Shown: positions 48,750 through 60,035, numbered from the stretch's first letter. The stretch is DNA of 64,000 nucleotides from Prevotella sp. (GCA_031285625.1 JAITVV010000095.1:1-64000), one strand, 5' to 3'. Notes: generated by a model from the letters alone, not told the origin. Made by a program: numbers and translations.

Positions 48750-49859
48750 TCATTTTAATAATTCTGCTACTTTTTCAGAAGCTTCTTCTGCGTCTAATCC
48801 TCTGGCTATGATTTTACCGTCCTTATCTAATAACATAAGGTGAGGTATAGAAGATATCCCATAGGTTGTAGCACCTTCACTATCCCAGAATTTAAGATCA
48901 GAAACCTGCGGCCATGTGATGTTCAGATTTTTGATACCATTTTTCCAGTCATCATTAGTCCTGTCAAGAGAGATTCCCACAATTTCGAAGTCTTTGTCTT
49001 TATAAGCTTTGTAAAGCTCTACAAGCTTAGGCATTTCTGCACGGCATGGAGGACACCACGATGCCCAGAAATCAACCAATACATATTTACCTTTGCCTGC
49101 GTAATCTGACAGTGAGGCATCCTTTCCTTCCGGGGTCTTTCCTTTTACATCGGAAAAAGTTTGTCCTACAGCAGTAGCTTCTAAAGCTGGAACAAGAGTC
49201 TCAACTTTTTTCACTCTGGCAATCGATTTATATTCGTCTTTTATTGCAGGTACAAGCTCTTTCAGCTGATCCAAAGAGAATCTATAGTAGTTTCTTGTCA
49301 GGTAATACACACCCATCTGATTTTGTATATTCTCTTTTACAAAGTTGAATGTTTCTCTGTTTGATTGATCATTCTTTTCTTTATATTGCTTTTTCAAATC
49401 AGCTTGCAATTGTACATTAGCCGTATCTTTTTTTGCTTTTTCAGCAATGGCTTTTATCTCGCTGTTTATAGCATTCACCTTAGTCATATATGCCTGATAG
49501 CTGTTGTTAGAGGAAGTTCCTTTAACACTAGATACGCTATCCAAGGTCATTTCTATCTGCCCGGGTTCTACTACTACAGGTACAGGCCTGTTCATATAAT
49601 CAGGAGCATCATCCAACGATACAAAATGCAGAATAGAGCCTTCTTTTGCCAGACCCTTAAATACAAATTCCCCGTCCACCACATTCACTGTGTCGATGGT
49701 TACCATATCTTTCCAATTCTCATCTAATGTTTTCAGATAAACTTGTTGCCCGTCATAAGTTCCGTTTGGAAGCTTCCCTTTGATTGTAAATGCATCCTTT
49801 TCGCCACATGATGTAGCAAAAATTGCTATAGCAGCCAGAAATAATATAATTTTTTTCAT
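48750..49859 (-). CDS. TlpA-family disulfide reductase lipoprotein (DUF4369 + AhpC/TSA)
   Basis: Lipobox ATSC; DFWASWCPPCR. Confidence 0.9.
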   Translation of the reverse strand: MKKIILFLAAIAIFATSCGEKDAFTIKGKLPNGTYDGQQVYLKTLDENWKDMVTIDTVNVVDGEFVFKGLAKEGSILHFVSLDDAPDYMNRPVPVVVEPGQIEMTLDSVSSVKGTSSNNSYQAYMTKVNAINSEIKAIAEKAKKDTANVQLQADLKKQYKEKNDQSNRETFNFVKENIQNQMGVYYLTRNYYRFSLDQLKELVPAIKDEYKSIARVKKVETLVPALEATAVGQTFSDVKGKTPEGKDASLSDYAGKGKYVLVDFWASWCPPCRAEMPKLVELYKAYKDKDFEIVGISLDRTNDDWKNGIKNLNITWPQVSDLKFWDSEGATTYGISSIPHLMLLDKDGKIIARGLDAEEASEKVAELLK

Positions 49860-49960
49860 TCTAAGTAAAATATTGTAGTTAATATATTAAAGTATAATTT
49901 CAAAATGTTTCACTCTAGGAATTAAAACAAATATGATACTCTATTGTTTATCTACTTCAA

Positions 49961-51046
49961 TTATTTCAATATCTCATCAATCTTATCATCAAGCGCTTTT
50001 CCTCTCAGGTTTTTCGCTACAACGATACCATTCTGGTCTATTAAAACAGTGTGAGGAATAGAAGCTACTTCATATAGCTGAGAAGCCATTGTACTGGCAT
50101 CAGCGAGTTGTACCCAGCTCATTTTGTATGTTTTTACAGCATTTAGCCATTTCGATTTGTCATCGTCTACAGATATACCGACAATCTCTAGTCCTTTAGA
50201 TTTATATTGATTGTAAGTTTTTATAAGATTAGGCATTTCCTGTATGCATGGCTGACACCATGAGGCCCAGAAATCTATTAATACGAGTTTATTCTTACCT
50301 ACATAATCCGATAAAGATACTGGCATTCCTTCCTGATTTACCAACTGGACATCACTGAACGGATTGCCGACCTCTGGTCTTACTCTATCCAGTTGTTTTA
50401 GCAGTTCTTGTATTTCTGGCCTGCTACGGAAAGTGCTATCGCTAGCAGAAATAAGCTCTTTAAGCTGTTCTTTTGTAAACGTTTTTGCAGAGGAATAGAA
50501 GAGGAATTCCCCGGCTTTGTTGTCTATATTTGCTTTAGAAAAATCGAATGTCGCTTTCTGCAATTCTTCCTGTAAATCATTTACTTTCTTACCCACTTCA
50601 GGATTGTTTGCATCCTGAGGATTGATCTTAGAGATCATATCGGTAAGTTTGTTCATTACAGCATGTATATTATTGAACTCATCATTTTTAGGCGTTCCGG
50701 CTAAAGTAATATTCGTCTTATCAAACGAAATTTTAATATTCCCTGCTTCAAGAATAAGGGTACCTACGGGAGTGTCCGGATCTGCAGCTTCAAACTTACC
50801 AACGGAAACAAAACCCATAACAGGGGCTTCTGTTACTCCTTTAAGATTGAATTTTCCATCTTTTATAGCGGCCGAGTCTATAACAGTTAAGGATTCGGAT
50901 TGTAAACTGTCCATCTTTTGAAGGTATACCATTTTACCATCATACGCATTATCTGCGAAGTTTCCCTCGATGGTATATGCACCTTTATCCTTGCATGAAG
51001 CAAATACTATTGCCAGGATAAATAAGAGTAATGTGATTTTTTTCAT
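49961..51046 (-). CDS. TlpA-family disulfide reductase lipoprotein (paralog)
   Basis: Lipobox FASC; DFWASWCQPC. Confidence 0.9.
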   Translation of the reverse strand: MKKITLLLFILAIVFASCKDKGAYTIEGNFADNAYDGKMVYLQKMDSLQSESLTVIDSAAIKDGKFNLKGVTEAPVMGFVSVGKFEAADPDTPVGTLILEAGNIKISFDKTNITLAGTPKNDEFNNIHAVMNKLTDMISKINPQDANNPEVGKKVNDLQEELQKATFDFSKANIDNKAGEFLFYSSAKTFTKEQLKELISASDSTFRSRPEIQELLKQLDRVRPEVGNPFSDVQLVNQEGMPVSLSDYVGKNKLVLIDFWASWCQPCIQEMPNLIKTYNQYKSKGLEIVGISVDDDKSKWLNAVKTYKMSWVQLADASTMASQLYEVASIPHTVLIDQNGIVVAKNLRGKALDDKIDEILK

Positions 51047-51105
51047 CAATAAAGTATTTAATAATATCGTGCAAAGATAAGTAAATACTTCATACTCTTA
51101 TGTGT

Positions 51106-52176
51106 TCAGCTATCAATACTTTTATTACCTTCGAAATAAAGAGTCTGAGTAGGAAAGGCAAAATTCAAGCCGGCAGTATTAAAGGCAGAGAGAATCTCCA
51201 TATTTACATCAGAAGTGGTTTTTCCTATATCGCCTTTCTTTTCTATAAAATAAATAAATGTGATAGTAAGTGCTGAATCGGTAAAATCGGTAAAATTAAC
51301 AACCAAGTCTTTAGTAGCAACAAATTCAACTTTAGAGGGCATATCTTTTAATATATTCATCGCCTCATTCATCTTCTCGGGTGTGGTATCATAAGTCAGT
51401 CCAAGCTTAGTAACTACACGTCTCATCGGTTCGGCCGATATATTGATTATCGAAGCATCTGCTATTTTATAATTAGGAAAGGTTATAACTCTTTTATCAT
51501 AGTTTCTCATCTTAGTGCTACGGGCTCCCACATCTATTATCGTTCCCTCAAAATTGTCGATACGAATAACGTCTCCTATACTGAAAGGCCTGTCGGCAAA
51601 TATAGTAAAGGCTCCGAAGATATTTTTAATTGTGTCTTGTGCTGCCAAGGCAAAAGCAATCCCCCCAATACCCAATGTTCCAAGAAGTGCACTTATATTT
51701 ACCCCAACATTACTCAAAGCCATCACAATACCGATAAGCCATATAATTACAAGAGCCGTTCTTTTTATTACGGGCATCATGCGACTGGCATGCTTTTGTG
51801 TCCTCTGGGAATTATCTGCCCTGTTTACCCAGTATACTTCCAGTAAACTATTCACCAAACGCACAATAAACCAAGTCATATTCAATACAACTAATATCTT
51901 ATATGCGTTGTCTACCGCCCTAACAAGACCATCCGGAGCAATTAACCGATGAATAGCAATCCACAGACCTAATAAGGCTATACCAAATAAAATAGGAGAC
52001 TCTATGGCATCGTATACAATGTCATCGAGACGATTAGCTGTCTTTTTAGTAAATGCCTTAATTACTCTCTTATTAAAGAGTGAAATAAGTTTTATGATAA
52101 TGATAACAGCTACAATAATTATTATTGATATTCCCCAACTTTCTATCGAATTACCCCAGATTTCTTTTTCTAACAT
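51106..52176 (-). CDS. mscS: Small-conductance mechanosensitive channel family protein
   Basis: LGIGGIAFALAAQDT..N; DRPFSIGD; PN; FAFPTQ. Confidence 0.9.
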   Translation of the reverse strand: MLEKEIWGNSIESWGISIIIIVAVIIIIKLISLFNKRVIKAFTKKTANRLDDIVYDAIESPILFGIALLGLWIAIHRLIAPDGLVRAVDNAYKILVVLNMTWFIVRLVNSLLEVYWVNRADNSQRTQKHASRMMPVIKRTALVIIWLIGIVMALSNVGVNISALLGTLGIGGIAFALAAQDTIKNIFGAFTIFADRPFSIGDVIRIDNFEGTIIDVGARSTKMRNYDKRVITFPNYKIADASIINISAEPMRRVVTKLGLTYDTTPEKMNEAMNILKDMPSKVEFVATKDLVVNFTDFTDSALTITFIYFIEKKGDIGKTTSDVNMEILSAFNTAGLNFAFPTQTLYFEGNKSIDS

Positions 52177-52312
52177 TATTATTAATATTTAGTATTCGGT
52201 ATATAAACGTTAAAAATAAGTATTTTGTTTATATGATTTCCCGTTGCTAAAATACATACTTTGTACAAGAAGTGCTATAAGGAAAGAGAATAATTGATAT
52301 ATTATGATCTTT

Positions 52313-52424
52313 TATAAAAAAGAAAAAGGTTGTCATCGCGACAACCAATCTTCATTGTTAACCTTAAATCTAATACCATGAAAAACACAGTACAAAGATA
52401 TAACTTTTTTATGTTATACAACAT
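52313..52424 (-). ncRNA. sRNA cassette copy 1 (promoter, ~70-nt RNA, terminator); resembles the Bacteroides FopS-type paralogous sRNAs
   Basis: Minus strand: TATCTTTG, then GTGTTTTTCATGGTATTAGATTTAAGGTTAAC..., GGTTGTC-GCGAT-GACAACC hairpin and T-run. Family name recalled, not verified. Confidence 0.7.
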
Positions 52425-52478
52425 ATTTGATCGATTTTATTATGTTATTTAGCATATTTTAACCCATTTTCGTTCATA

Positions 52479-55199
52479 TTATTTGTTAATAAGCAGGGTA
52501 TATCTCCCTGAAGGGATTGAGAATGAAGTAGTTCCATCAACTATCTTTTCATCTTTCACGCTTGATTTTTGTCCCTTTTTTAGAGCCATACCTTTAGGTA
52601 ACAATACATCTGCCGAAGTATTAGCAGGTATCTCTATTTTCCATTCAATCTCTTCGTCACCCTTTCTCCATTCACTAGCGATCTTTCCGTATGCAGACTC
52701 ATAAGATGCGTTTATGTAATCTAATCCATCAGGAAATATAGGACTCATATTTATTTTCTTAAATCCCACAATATCTTTATCTGTACTTATTCCTGCCAGG
52801 CATTCATAATACCAGATTAAGAGATCACCAAGCAACATAACATGATTATGAGAATTCATTGCGGGATCAGCAGTATTTCCGTTCCACAGTTCCCAAATAG
52901 TAGTTGCTCCATTTTCAACCATATAGCCCCAACTTGGATAAGTACGATTTGTAGCAATCGTATAAGCAAGATCCGGCCTGCCATATTTTGTTAAACCCCG
53001 CATAAGATATCCAATCCCGACCAATCCTGTACTAACATGACTATTAAAATCATCTTCTGTTTTTCTAATAACATTGGCAAAGACTTTTTCCTGGTATTCA
53101 GGAGGAGTAAGCCCAAGCATCAGCGATAATATATTAGCTGTCACTGTATTATTTCCATATTGCCCTGTTTCTTTATTCAGGTATTTATCATTATATGCAC
53201 TCTTCATCTTGAGTGCGAGATTTTCAAACTCTTTTTGATCTGCAGTATTACCATTCAATGCTGCAAATTTGCTCATAATATGTAACAAACGATAAAAAAA
53301 AGTTGTACTTAGTATAGCACCATCGGTCTTGCGCGAAGGATCTTCCGAATGTATCAACTCCTGCCTTTCGGGAGGCATACACCAGTCACCAAAGTTATCT
53401 TTTGTCAGGATATAATCAGTCATATAATTTGAAGTCATATGATTTATCCATTTCTTCATAGACTCATAATGTTGCCTTACTGGCCGTACATCACCATATT
53501 GCTCATATAACATATTTATAGCGAAAATATATGCAGATGGCCAAGTAACATTTTCGGTACGTATATCCCAATAGTCCGGCGCAACATCCGGAATACTACC
53601 ACCTTCAAGTTGTGCATCCTCGATATCTTGTATCCATTTATCGTATAACAAAGCATTATCAAGCAAGAAGCTTTCTCCATAGCAACCTGTAGCACGGTCT
53701 CCCAACCACCCCATTCTTTCGTCACGCTGTGGACAGTCGGTTGGCATACTCCGGTAGTTTCCTATTATACCCCAATATGCATTATGAAATATTTGATTCA
53801 ACATTGTATTTGAAGAATCGAAAGTACCTACGTCGCTCATTTTATCGTAAATAACCTTTCCTGTGAAGTCTCTCTTCTGAGGTTCATAATTCAAACCTGA
53901 AATTTCGACAAACCGAAATCCATGATACGTGAAACGGGGTTCCCATACAAATTCTCCATTTGCAGCAGGTGTATAAATATCAGTTACTTTTGCCGAACGC
54001 AGATTATCCAGGTAAAGATCACCATTATCTTTCAGGCTCTCGGCAAATACCATTTTTATAGGCTTACCTTTTTCTCCTTTTAGATTAATCGCAAGCCATC
54101 CTACCATATTCTGACCCATATCGAGTATATAAGTTCCTTGCGAAGTTTTAGTTACTGATACAGGTTTGATCTCTTTCATTATCCGGATATTAGGATTACG
54201 CTGTGCGAGGAGTTTTCCACCCGGTTCATCAACGCGTGAGGCTAGTATCCAACTGCTATCATTAAAGCCATTCGTTGCCCATCCTTTAAGTTCTAGATTC
54301 GCATCATACTCTTCACCGTCAAATTCGCTATTGGCCTTGATAGGGCCTTGAGTAGTCATCTTCCATGTTTCATCACTTACTATTGTCGTCTTTTCCCCGT
54401 TTTTTCCTTCCACTTCCAGTTGCACGAGCATTTTAGGATATCCAAAATTACGTACACCTTCGTTGCGCATGCTAAAATAACGCCCATTACCAAGAATTAC
54501 CCCTATTGTATTCTCTCCTTCAGATAGTAAATCTGACACATCATAAGTATTATAATTTACATGTTTTGTATAATCAGTTGCTGTTGGAGCAAAGACATCA
54601 TCCCCTACCTTGTGTCCATTAATATAACATTCGTAAAAACCAAGCCCTGTAATATAAATTTTTGCTTTGGTAATATTTGATGGAATATTGAACTCCTTAC
54701 GCAAATACCGTGCGGCCAGACGGGTATCACCTTCTAAGCGATCACTTTCATTCATAGATTTATCCAATCCAATCCATTTAGCTTTCCAATCATTATCAGT
54801 AAGCGCCATTGTCCAGCTATTGATTTCACTCCATGCTGACTCTCCTTTATTAGTCCATACCTTTACTTTCCAGTAATAGGTCTTACGTGACTCTAAAGGT
54901 TTTCCCTGATATCTAATGAATATAGAATTATCTGAAGATGTTTTACCCGAGTTCCATAACAGTTTTTGCTGATTATTGAGATCAGTTACAGATTCAGCTA
55001 CTATTATTTGGTAAGCACTCTGTCTTATATCGGACATATCAGTATCAATTTGCCACATGAAACGAGGTTGCTGGATATCTATCCCGAATGGATTAACTTT
55101 CATTTCTGTACGCAGCTTTTTAAGATGTATTCCTGATGAAGCATTTATAGCTATACATGATACAAATAAAAAAATGGTGATGTAGATTAATTTTCTCAT
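52479..55199 (-). CDS. Alpha-L-rhamnosidase (GH78)
   Basis: DMGQNMVGW; FTYHGFRFVE; PTDCPQRDERMGWLGD; GATTIWELW; MNSHNH. Confidence 0.93.
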   Translation of the reverse strand: MRKLIYITIFLFVSCIAINASSGIHLKKLRTEMKVNPFGIDIQQPRFMWQIDTDMSDIRQSAYQIIVAESVTDLNNQQKLLWNSGKTSSDNSIFIRYQGKPLESRKTYYWKVKVWTNKGESAWSEINSWTMALTDNDWKAKWIGLDKSMNESDRLEGDTRLAARYLRKEFNIPSNITKAKIYITGLGFYECYINGHKVGDDVFAPTATDYTKHVNYNTYDVSDLLSEGENTIGVILGNGRYFSMRNEGVRNFGYPKMLVQLEVEGKNGEKTTIVSDETWKMTTQGPIKANSEFDGEEYDANLELKGWATNGFNDSSWILASRVDEPGGKLLAQRNPNIRIMKEIKPVSVTKTSQGTYILDMGQNMVGWLAINLKGEKGKPIKMVFAESLKDNGDLYLDNLRSAKVTDIYTPAANGEFVWEPRFTYHGFRFVEISGLNYEPQKRDFTGKVIYDKMSDVGTFDSSNTMLNQIFHNAYWGIIGNYRSMPTDCPQRDERMGWLGDRATGCYGESFLLDNALLYDKWIQDIEDAQLEGGSIPDVAPDYWDIRTENVTWPSAYIFAINMLYEQYGDVRPVRQHYESMKKWINHMTSNYMTDYILTKDNFGDWCMPPERQELIHSEDPSRKTDGAILSTTFFYRLLHIMSKFAALNGNTADQKEFENLALKMKSAYNDKYLNKETGQYGNNTVTANILSLMLGLTPPEYQEKVFANVIRKTEDDFNSHVSTGLVGIGYLMRGLTKYGRPDLAYTIATNRTYPSWGYMVENGATTIWELWNGNTADPAMNSHNHVMLLGDLLIWYYECLAGISTDKDIVGFKKINMSPIFPDGLDYINASYESAYGKIASEWRKGDEEIEWKIEIPANTSADVLLPKGMALKKGQKSSVKDEKIVDGTTSFSIPSGRYTLLINK

Positions 55200-55372
55200 G
55201 GACTTAATAATATAAGGTTATTCTTAAAGGATATCGATTCTTAAACCGAAAGCATAAAAATATCCTTTATTATGTTCAATTATAATGAACTATTTGATAA
55301 GATTAATTGAGAAAATGATTTTTTTCAACTGAAATGTCAAAACATTATTACTTTTTGGTGAAACTGAACTTA

Positions 55373-55485
55373 TATAAAAAAGAAAAAGGTTGTCATCGCG
55401 ACAACCAATCTTCATTGTTAACCTTAAATCTAATACCATGAAAAACACAGTACAAAGATATAACTTTTTTTATGTTATACAACAT
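55373..55485 (-). ncRNA. sRNA cassette copy 2
   Basis: Identical to 52313-52424 except one extra T in a T-run. Confidence 0.7.
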
Positions 55486-55527
55486 GTTTCAATGCTTTTA
55501 TATTTAATTTTAATATAATTTAACTAA

Positions 55528-56784
55528 TTAATCACTATCCGGTAAGTCTTTTTGAGCTTTAATTCCCAGTTCCTTAAGCATTTCGGCTTGACGTATCAGA
55601 TTCCCATTTCCATCTTTCAGTTGAGAAAAAGCTTTTTCGTATGCTTTCTGCGAACGGTCAATATTTTTTCCTACATCCTGCAAAGTTTCTACAAATCCGG
55701 CAAACTTATCATAGAGCGCTGCTCCTCGTTTCGCTATTTCAAGAGCATTGCGGCTCTGGTATTCACGCTTCCATAAGTCAGCTACAACTTTTAGCGATGC
55801 TATCAGATTAGTAGGACTTATCAATAAAATACGCTTTCTGTATGCATAATCCCATAAAGTAGAGTCCAGCTGCATAGCTAAGATGTATGCCGGTTCGTTA
55901 GGTATAAACATCATTACAAAATCCAGGGATTCAATATAATCCTGATATGATTTCGCACTCAGCTCATCAATATGTTGCTTTACAGATATAATATGCTCTT
56001 TCTCTGCTACTATTTTCTGTTCATCTGTCTCTGACTCCACATATCTTACATATGCACTTAAAGACACTTTAGAATCAATAATTATCTTACGTCCACCAGG
56101 ATAAACAATAATAACATCAGGTTGCATATATTTATTCTCATCATTCAATATACGCTTACCATTGATATCTGTCAGAAAATCCTGTGTAAAATACTCCTCC
56201 CCCTTCTTTAATCCCGATTTTTCAAGGATGGATTCAAGTATCATTTCACCCCAGTTACCCTGAATTTTGCTATTTCCTTTCAATGCTTTCGTCAGATTAT
56301 TAGCATCCTCACTTATCTGATTATTTAGTGCGACAAGATCTTTGATACGTTCTTCCAATGAAAAACGCTGTTTTGACTCTTTATCATAGGTTTCTTCTAC
56401 TTTCGCCTTAAACTCTACCAACTTTTCATTCAATGGCTTGAGTATAGCTTCAATATTAGATTTATTTATATCAGTAAAACGAAGAGTCTTTTCTTCGAGA
56501 ATCTGATTAGCCAGAATTTGAAAATCTTTATTCAATTGGTTTCGTGTGTTCAGCAATTCCTCTTGTTGAACATGCAACTGATCTTCTTTTGATTGAACCA
56601 AAGCTTCTAATTGAGCTATTTCACGGATGGCTTTTATTTGAATTTGTTGCAAGGTTTGTTTTTCTGAAGATAGACGATTGATTGTATCCTTTAAATCACC
56701 CTCCTTCTGTTTACTTGACTTTTGAATAAAAGAGATGACAACAATAGCCAGAACCAGCATGATACCAGCATAAACTAATTCCAT
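55528..56784 (-). CDS. rmuC: DNA recombination protein RmuC
   Basis: QGNWGEMILE; QPDVI; IIDSKVSL; DFVMMFIPNE; SPTNL. Confidence 0.93.
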   Translation of the reverse strand: MELVYAGIMLVLAIVVISFIQKSSKQKEGDLKDTINRLSSEKQTLQQIQIKAIREIAQLEALVQSKEDQLHVQQEELLNTRNQLNKDFQILANQILEEKTLRFTDINKSNIEAILKPLNEKLVEFKAKVEETYDKESKQRFSLEERIKDLVALNNQISEDANNLTKALKGNSKIQGNWGEMILESILEKSGLKKGEEYFTQDFLTDINGKRILNDENKYMQPDVIIVYPGGRKIIIDSKVSLSAYVRYVESETDEQKIVAEKEHIISVKQHIDELSAKSYQDYIESLDFVMMFIPNEPAYILAMQLDSTLWDYAYRKRILLISPTNLIASLKVVADLWKREYQSRNALEIAKRGAALYDKFAGFVETLQDVGKNIDRSQKAYEKAFSQLKDGNGNLIRQAEMLKELGIKAQKDLPDSD

Positions 56785-56903
56785 ATAGATTTGTTTTAAA
56801 AGAAATGGAAAGTTATTTAAAAATATCACCTTTAACAAAATTTGCCAGAAAAAACTTGTGAACATTCGTACTCAAAGATATTTTTACCAAATAATTTCAG
56901 ACA

Positions 56904-57248
56904 GTGAAGATAATATATAGTAAGAACTTTCCACCTAAAGAATTTGGAGCCATCAATCTGTTTGGTCTAATAATTGTACGCAAGGATTATGGTGGACTTA
57001 CAGATGCTGAGAAGAATCATGAACTCATCCATACCAGACAAATGCTGGAAATGCTTATTATATTCTTTTATCTAAGTTACGTAATAGAATGGTTGATTCG
57101 TCTGATGCAATATAAGAATAGGTTAAAAGCATATGAGAATATATCATATGAAAGGGAAGCGTATAGTTGTATGTATGATCCTACTTATTTAAAGAATAGA
57201 AATATATTTGCTTTCAGGCATTATTATAAAGAAAGGAAAGAAAAATGA
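56904..57248 (+). CDS. Conserved hypothetical protein with an HExxH motif
   Basis: AINLFG; NHELIHTRQ; AYENISYEREAY. Confidence 0.75.
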   Translation: MKIIYSKNFPPKEFGAINLFGLIIVRKDYGGLTDAEKNHELIHTRQMLEMLIIFFYLSYVIEWLIRLMQYKNRLKAYENISYEREAYSCMYDPTYLKNRNIFAFRHYYKERKEK

Positions 57249-58180
57249 AGCAATTAATGTATATACTTTGTATTGCCCTGATGAGTATATCATGTGCGCA
57301 AAGTCAAAATAAACCTAAACAAGAAAATATGAAATATAATCAACTTACACCCGAAGAAGAACGGGTAATCCTGCATAAAGGGACAGAAGCTCCATACACA
57401 GGGGAATATACCAATAATAAAAGAAGTGGTACATATGTCTGCAAAAGGTGCAATGCACCACTATATAAGTCATCAGATAAATTTGATTCACATTGTGGAT
57501 GGCCATCTTTCGATGATGAAATTAAAGGAGCTGTCAAACGGGTTCCTGATGCAGATGGCAGGCGTACTGAAATTATTTGTGCCAACTGTGGTGCACATTT
57601 AGGTCACGTATTCTTAGACGAGGGATTTACTGCTAAAGAAACCCGTCATTGCGTTAATTCAATATCTTTAAAATTTATACCAGAAGAAAATAAAATGATT
57701 AAGAAAGCTTATTTTGCCTCAGGCTGCTTTTGGGGCACAGAATACTATTTTATGAAAGCCGCAGGAATAGCCCACACAGCCGTAGGTTTTATGGGTGGAC
57801 ATGTCGATCATCCTACTTATGAACAAGTATGTCAGAAAAATACCGGCCATCTGGAAACTACAGAAGTAGAGTATGACACTTCTAAAACATCCTATGAGGA
57901 ATTAGTCAAACTTTTCTTCGAAACGCACGATTTTACGCAAACAAACGGTCAAGGCCCAGATATAGGTCCCCAATATTTATCTTGCATATTTTATTCTGAT
58001 GAAACTGAAAAAGAAATAGCTCAGAAGTATATCTCTATATTACAGAGCAAAGGATATAAGGTAGCAACCATGCTAAAACCCATATCTACATTTTGGAAGG
58101 CTGAAGACTATCACCAACAGTATTATGAGCACAAAGGTACAACTCCTTATTGCCATGTATATAAAAAGATATTTGATTAG
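57245..58180 (+). CDS. msrAB: Bifunctional methionine sulfoxide reductase MsrB-MsrA lipoprotein
   Basis: SHCGWPSFD; HLGHVF; RHCVNS; GCFWG; AEDYHQQY. Confidence 0.93.
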   Translation: MKQLMYILCIALMSISCAQSQNKPKQENMKYNQLTPEEERVILHKGTEAPYTGEYTNNKRSGTYVCKRCNAPLYKSSDKFDSHCGWPSFDDEIKGAVKRVPDADGRRTEIICANCGAHLGHVFLDEGFTAKETRHCVNSISLKFIPEENKMIKKAYFASGCFWGTEYYFMKAAGIAHTAVGFMGGHVDHPTYEQVCQKNTGHLETTEVEYDTSKTSYEELVKLFFETHDFTQTNGQGPDIGPQYLSCIFYSDETEKEIAQKYISILQSKGYKVATMLKPISTFWKAEDYHQQYYEHKGTTPYCHVYKKIFD

Positions 58181-58315
58181 CAGAATTAACTGTATCAGTA
58201 CCTATTATTAAAATAAGTATAATTTAAAGAGAATTAATTATCATATTTAAGGTATTCATACTATTTTTGTGCCTTAACTAAAAAAATAATAAGTATCAAA
58301 CTAAATTGATTTTTT

Positions 58316-58738
58316 ATGCTTAAAACAATTTTATCTGTTTCAGGTAAGCCAGGTCTTTACAAATTAATTTCGAATAGTAAGAATATGGTAATTGTAGAGT
58401 CTGTAGTAGACAGTAAAAAAGTGCCTATACATGCACGAGATAAAGTCGTTTCTCTTGGTGATATCTCCATATATACAGAAACTGATGATATTCCTCTCAG
58501 GGAAATCCTAATCTCCATCAAAAATAAGGAGAATGGAGCCAAAGCGTCAATCAACACAAGTGCAAAACCTGAGGAACTAAAAAAATACTTTCAAGAAATA
58601 CTTCCTGATTTCGACAGAGACCGTGTATACCCAACGGATATTAAGAAAATAATAAGCTGGTACAATATCTTAACTGAAGCCGGGCTTGACTACGAAAAGG
58701 AAGAAGTGAGTAATGAAGAAATAAAAGAGGCAGAATAA
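58316..58738 (+). CDS. DUF5606 family protein
   Basis: ILSVSGKPGLYKL; SLGDISIYT; DRVYPTDIKKIISWYNIL. Confidence 0.82.
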   Translation: MLKTILSVSGKPGLYKLISNSKNMVIVESVVDSKKVPIHARDKVVSLGDISIYTETDDIPLREILISIKNKENGAKASINTSAKPEELKKYFQEILPDFDRDRVYPTDIKKIISWYNILTEAGLDYEKEEVSNEEIKEAE

Positions 58739-58880
58739 ACCGGATACAATAAAGAAAAAGCTGGACATTATTAAATGTCCAGCTTTTTTATTTCGCTATT
58801 AATTCAGCTATTTTATTTTAAAGAGTGTTTTATAAAAAAGAGTGGAATGAATCCACTCTTTCCTATTTCAACAGCTGATA

Positions 58881-60035
58881 TTATTCAGCAAAGAAGATTG
58901 CAACACGGTTCCATGCATTTTCAGCATATGGTTGTTCAGTATCACCTTTCCATTCAACTTTAACGCGATTGCTGTTAATGTTGTATTTGTTGATCAACGC
59001 ATTAGCAACATTTTTAGCACGTTTTTCAGAAAGTTTCTGGTTGATAGAAGCTGTACCAGTTTTCTTGTCAGCATAACCTACGATCTTAACATTTTTGCTA
59101 GGATTATCTTGTAGATATTTAGCTGTGTTGAAAATGCTAACTTCTTGGTTTTTGTCAATAACTGCACTACCTAAACGGAAGAATACTACGTTAGAAACAA
59201 ATGTTTTAGCTTCAACCTTTTGTGGTTCTGGACACTTAGGACAATCTGGACATTTAGGTTGGTCAACTTTTCTGTTTCTCAAAGCTTCATTTTCTTGACG
59301 AAGTTTGTTGATCTGACCATTAAGATCATCAAGAAGACCTTGATCCATCAACAATGCTTCAGAGAAGTCAGTTTTGCTACCTAGTTTGAATACTAAACTA
59401 GCAGAAGCACCAACTAAACCATCATAAGTTCCACTACCGCTATGGTTGAATCCTTCTTTAAGCAAAGCTGCAGATAGATCGATATCCAAAGCTACTCTGC
59501 TAGAGATTCTGAATTTGTTAATCAAACCACCATTAATAGTGAAGTTTCTTTGTTTTCCACCAGGATGAGTTGCACCATTCATCTTATAGTCCCATCCAAA
59601 GCCAAATCCAACTCCTAAATAAGGGATTAAGCTATAAACACGAGTTTCGCTATATTTTCCAAGATAGTTAGTAACATCAAACATTGCATCAACTTCACCC
59701 ATTACATATTTGTTATGTAACATGCTAGCAGCATCTTTAGTAAAATTGTGTAATGATCCACCTTGTACTTTCAAACGAGCTCCTAAGTACGGATTGTACC
59801 ATTTACCAACTTGTACAGTTGGAGCAACAGTCATACGGTTTAGGAAATCTGCATCTCCATTTTTATCTCCGATAACCATGTTAGCGCCGGCACCGACTCC
59901 AACAAACCAGTTATCCCAAAAACCGTTACGCGCAAAAGTTGCATTACGACCTTCTCTTGTACTAAATCCGCTTGTTTGAGCGAATGTAGTCATAGCCGCA
60001 AAAACTAAAACTAAAAGTAAACTTACTTTTTTCAT
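58881..60035 (-). CDS. OmpA family outer-membrane protein
   Basis: FWDNWF beta-barrel start; GYADKKTG..NQKLSEKRAKNV; WNRV. Confidence 0.92.
   Translation of the reverse strand: MKKVSLLLVLVFAAMTTFAQTSGFSTREGRNATFARNGFWDNWFVGVGAGANMVIGDKNGDADFLNRMTVAPTVQVGKWYNPYLGARLKVQGGSLHNFTKDAASMLHNKYVMGEVDAMFDVTNYLGKYSETRVYSLIPYLGVGFGFGWDYKMNGATHPGGKQRNFTINGGLINKFRISSRVALDIDLSAALLKEGFNHSGSGTYDGLVGASASLVFKLGSKTDFSEALLMDQGLLDDLNGQINKLRQENEALRNRKVDQPKCPDCPKCPEPQKVEAKTFVSNVVFFRLGSAVIDKNQEVSIFNTAKYLQDNPSKNVKIVGYADKKTGTASINQKLSEKRAKNVANALINKYNINSNRVKVEWKGDTEQPYAENAWNRVAIFFAE

Noticed and set aside
59228-59260. PKCPDCPKCPEP repeat in OmpA
   Set aside because: An ordinary Pro/Cys linker in Bacteroidota OmpA proteins.
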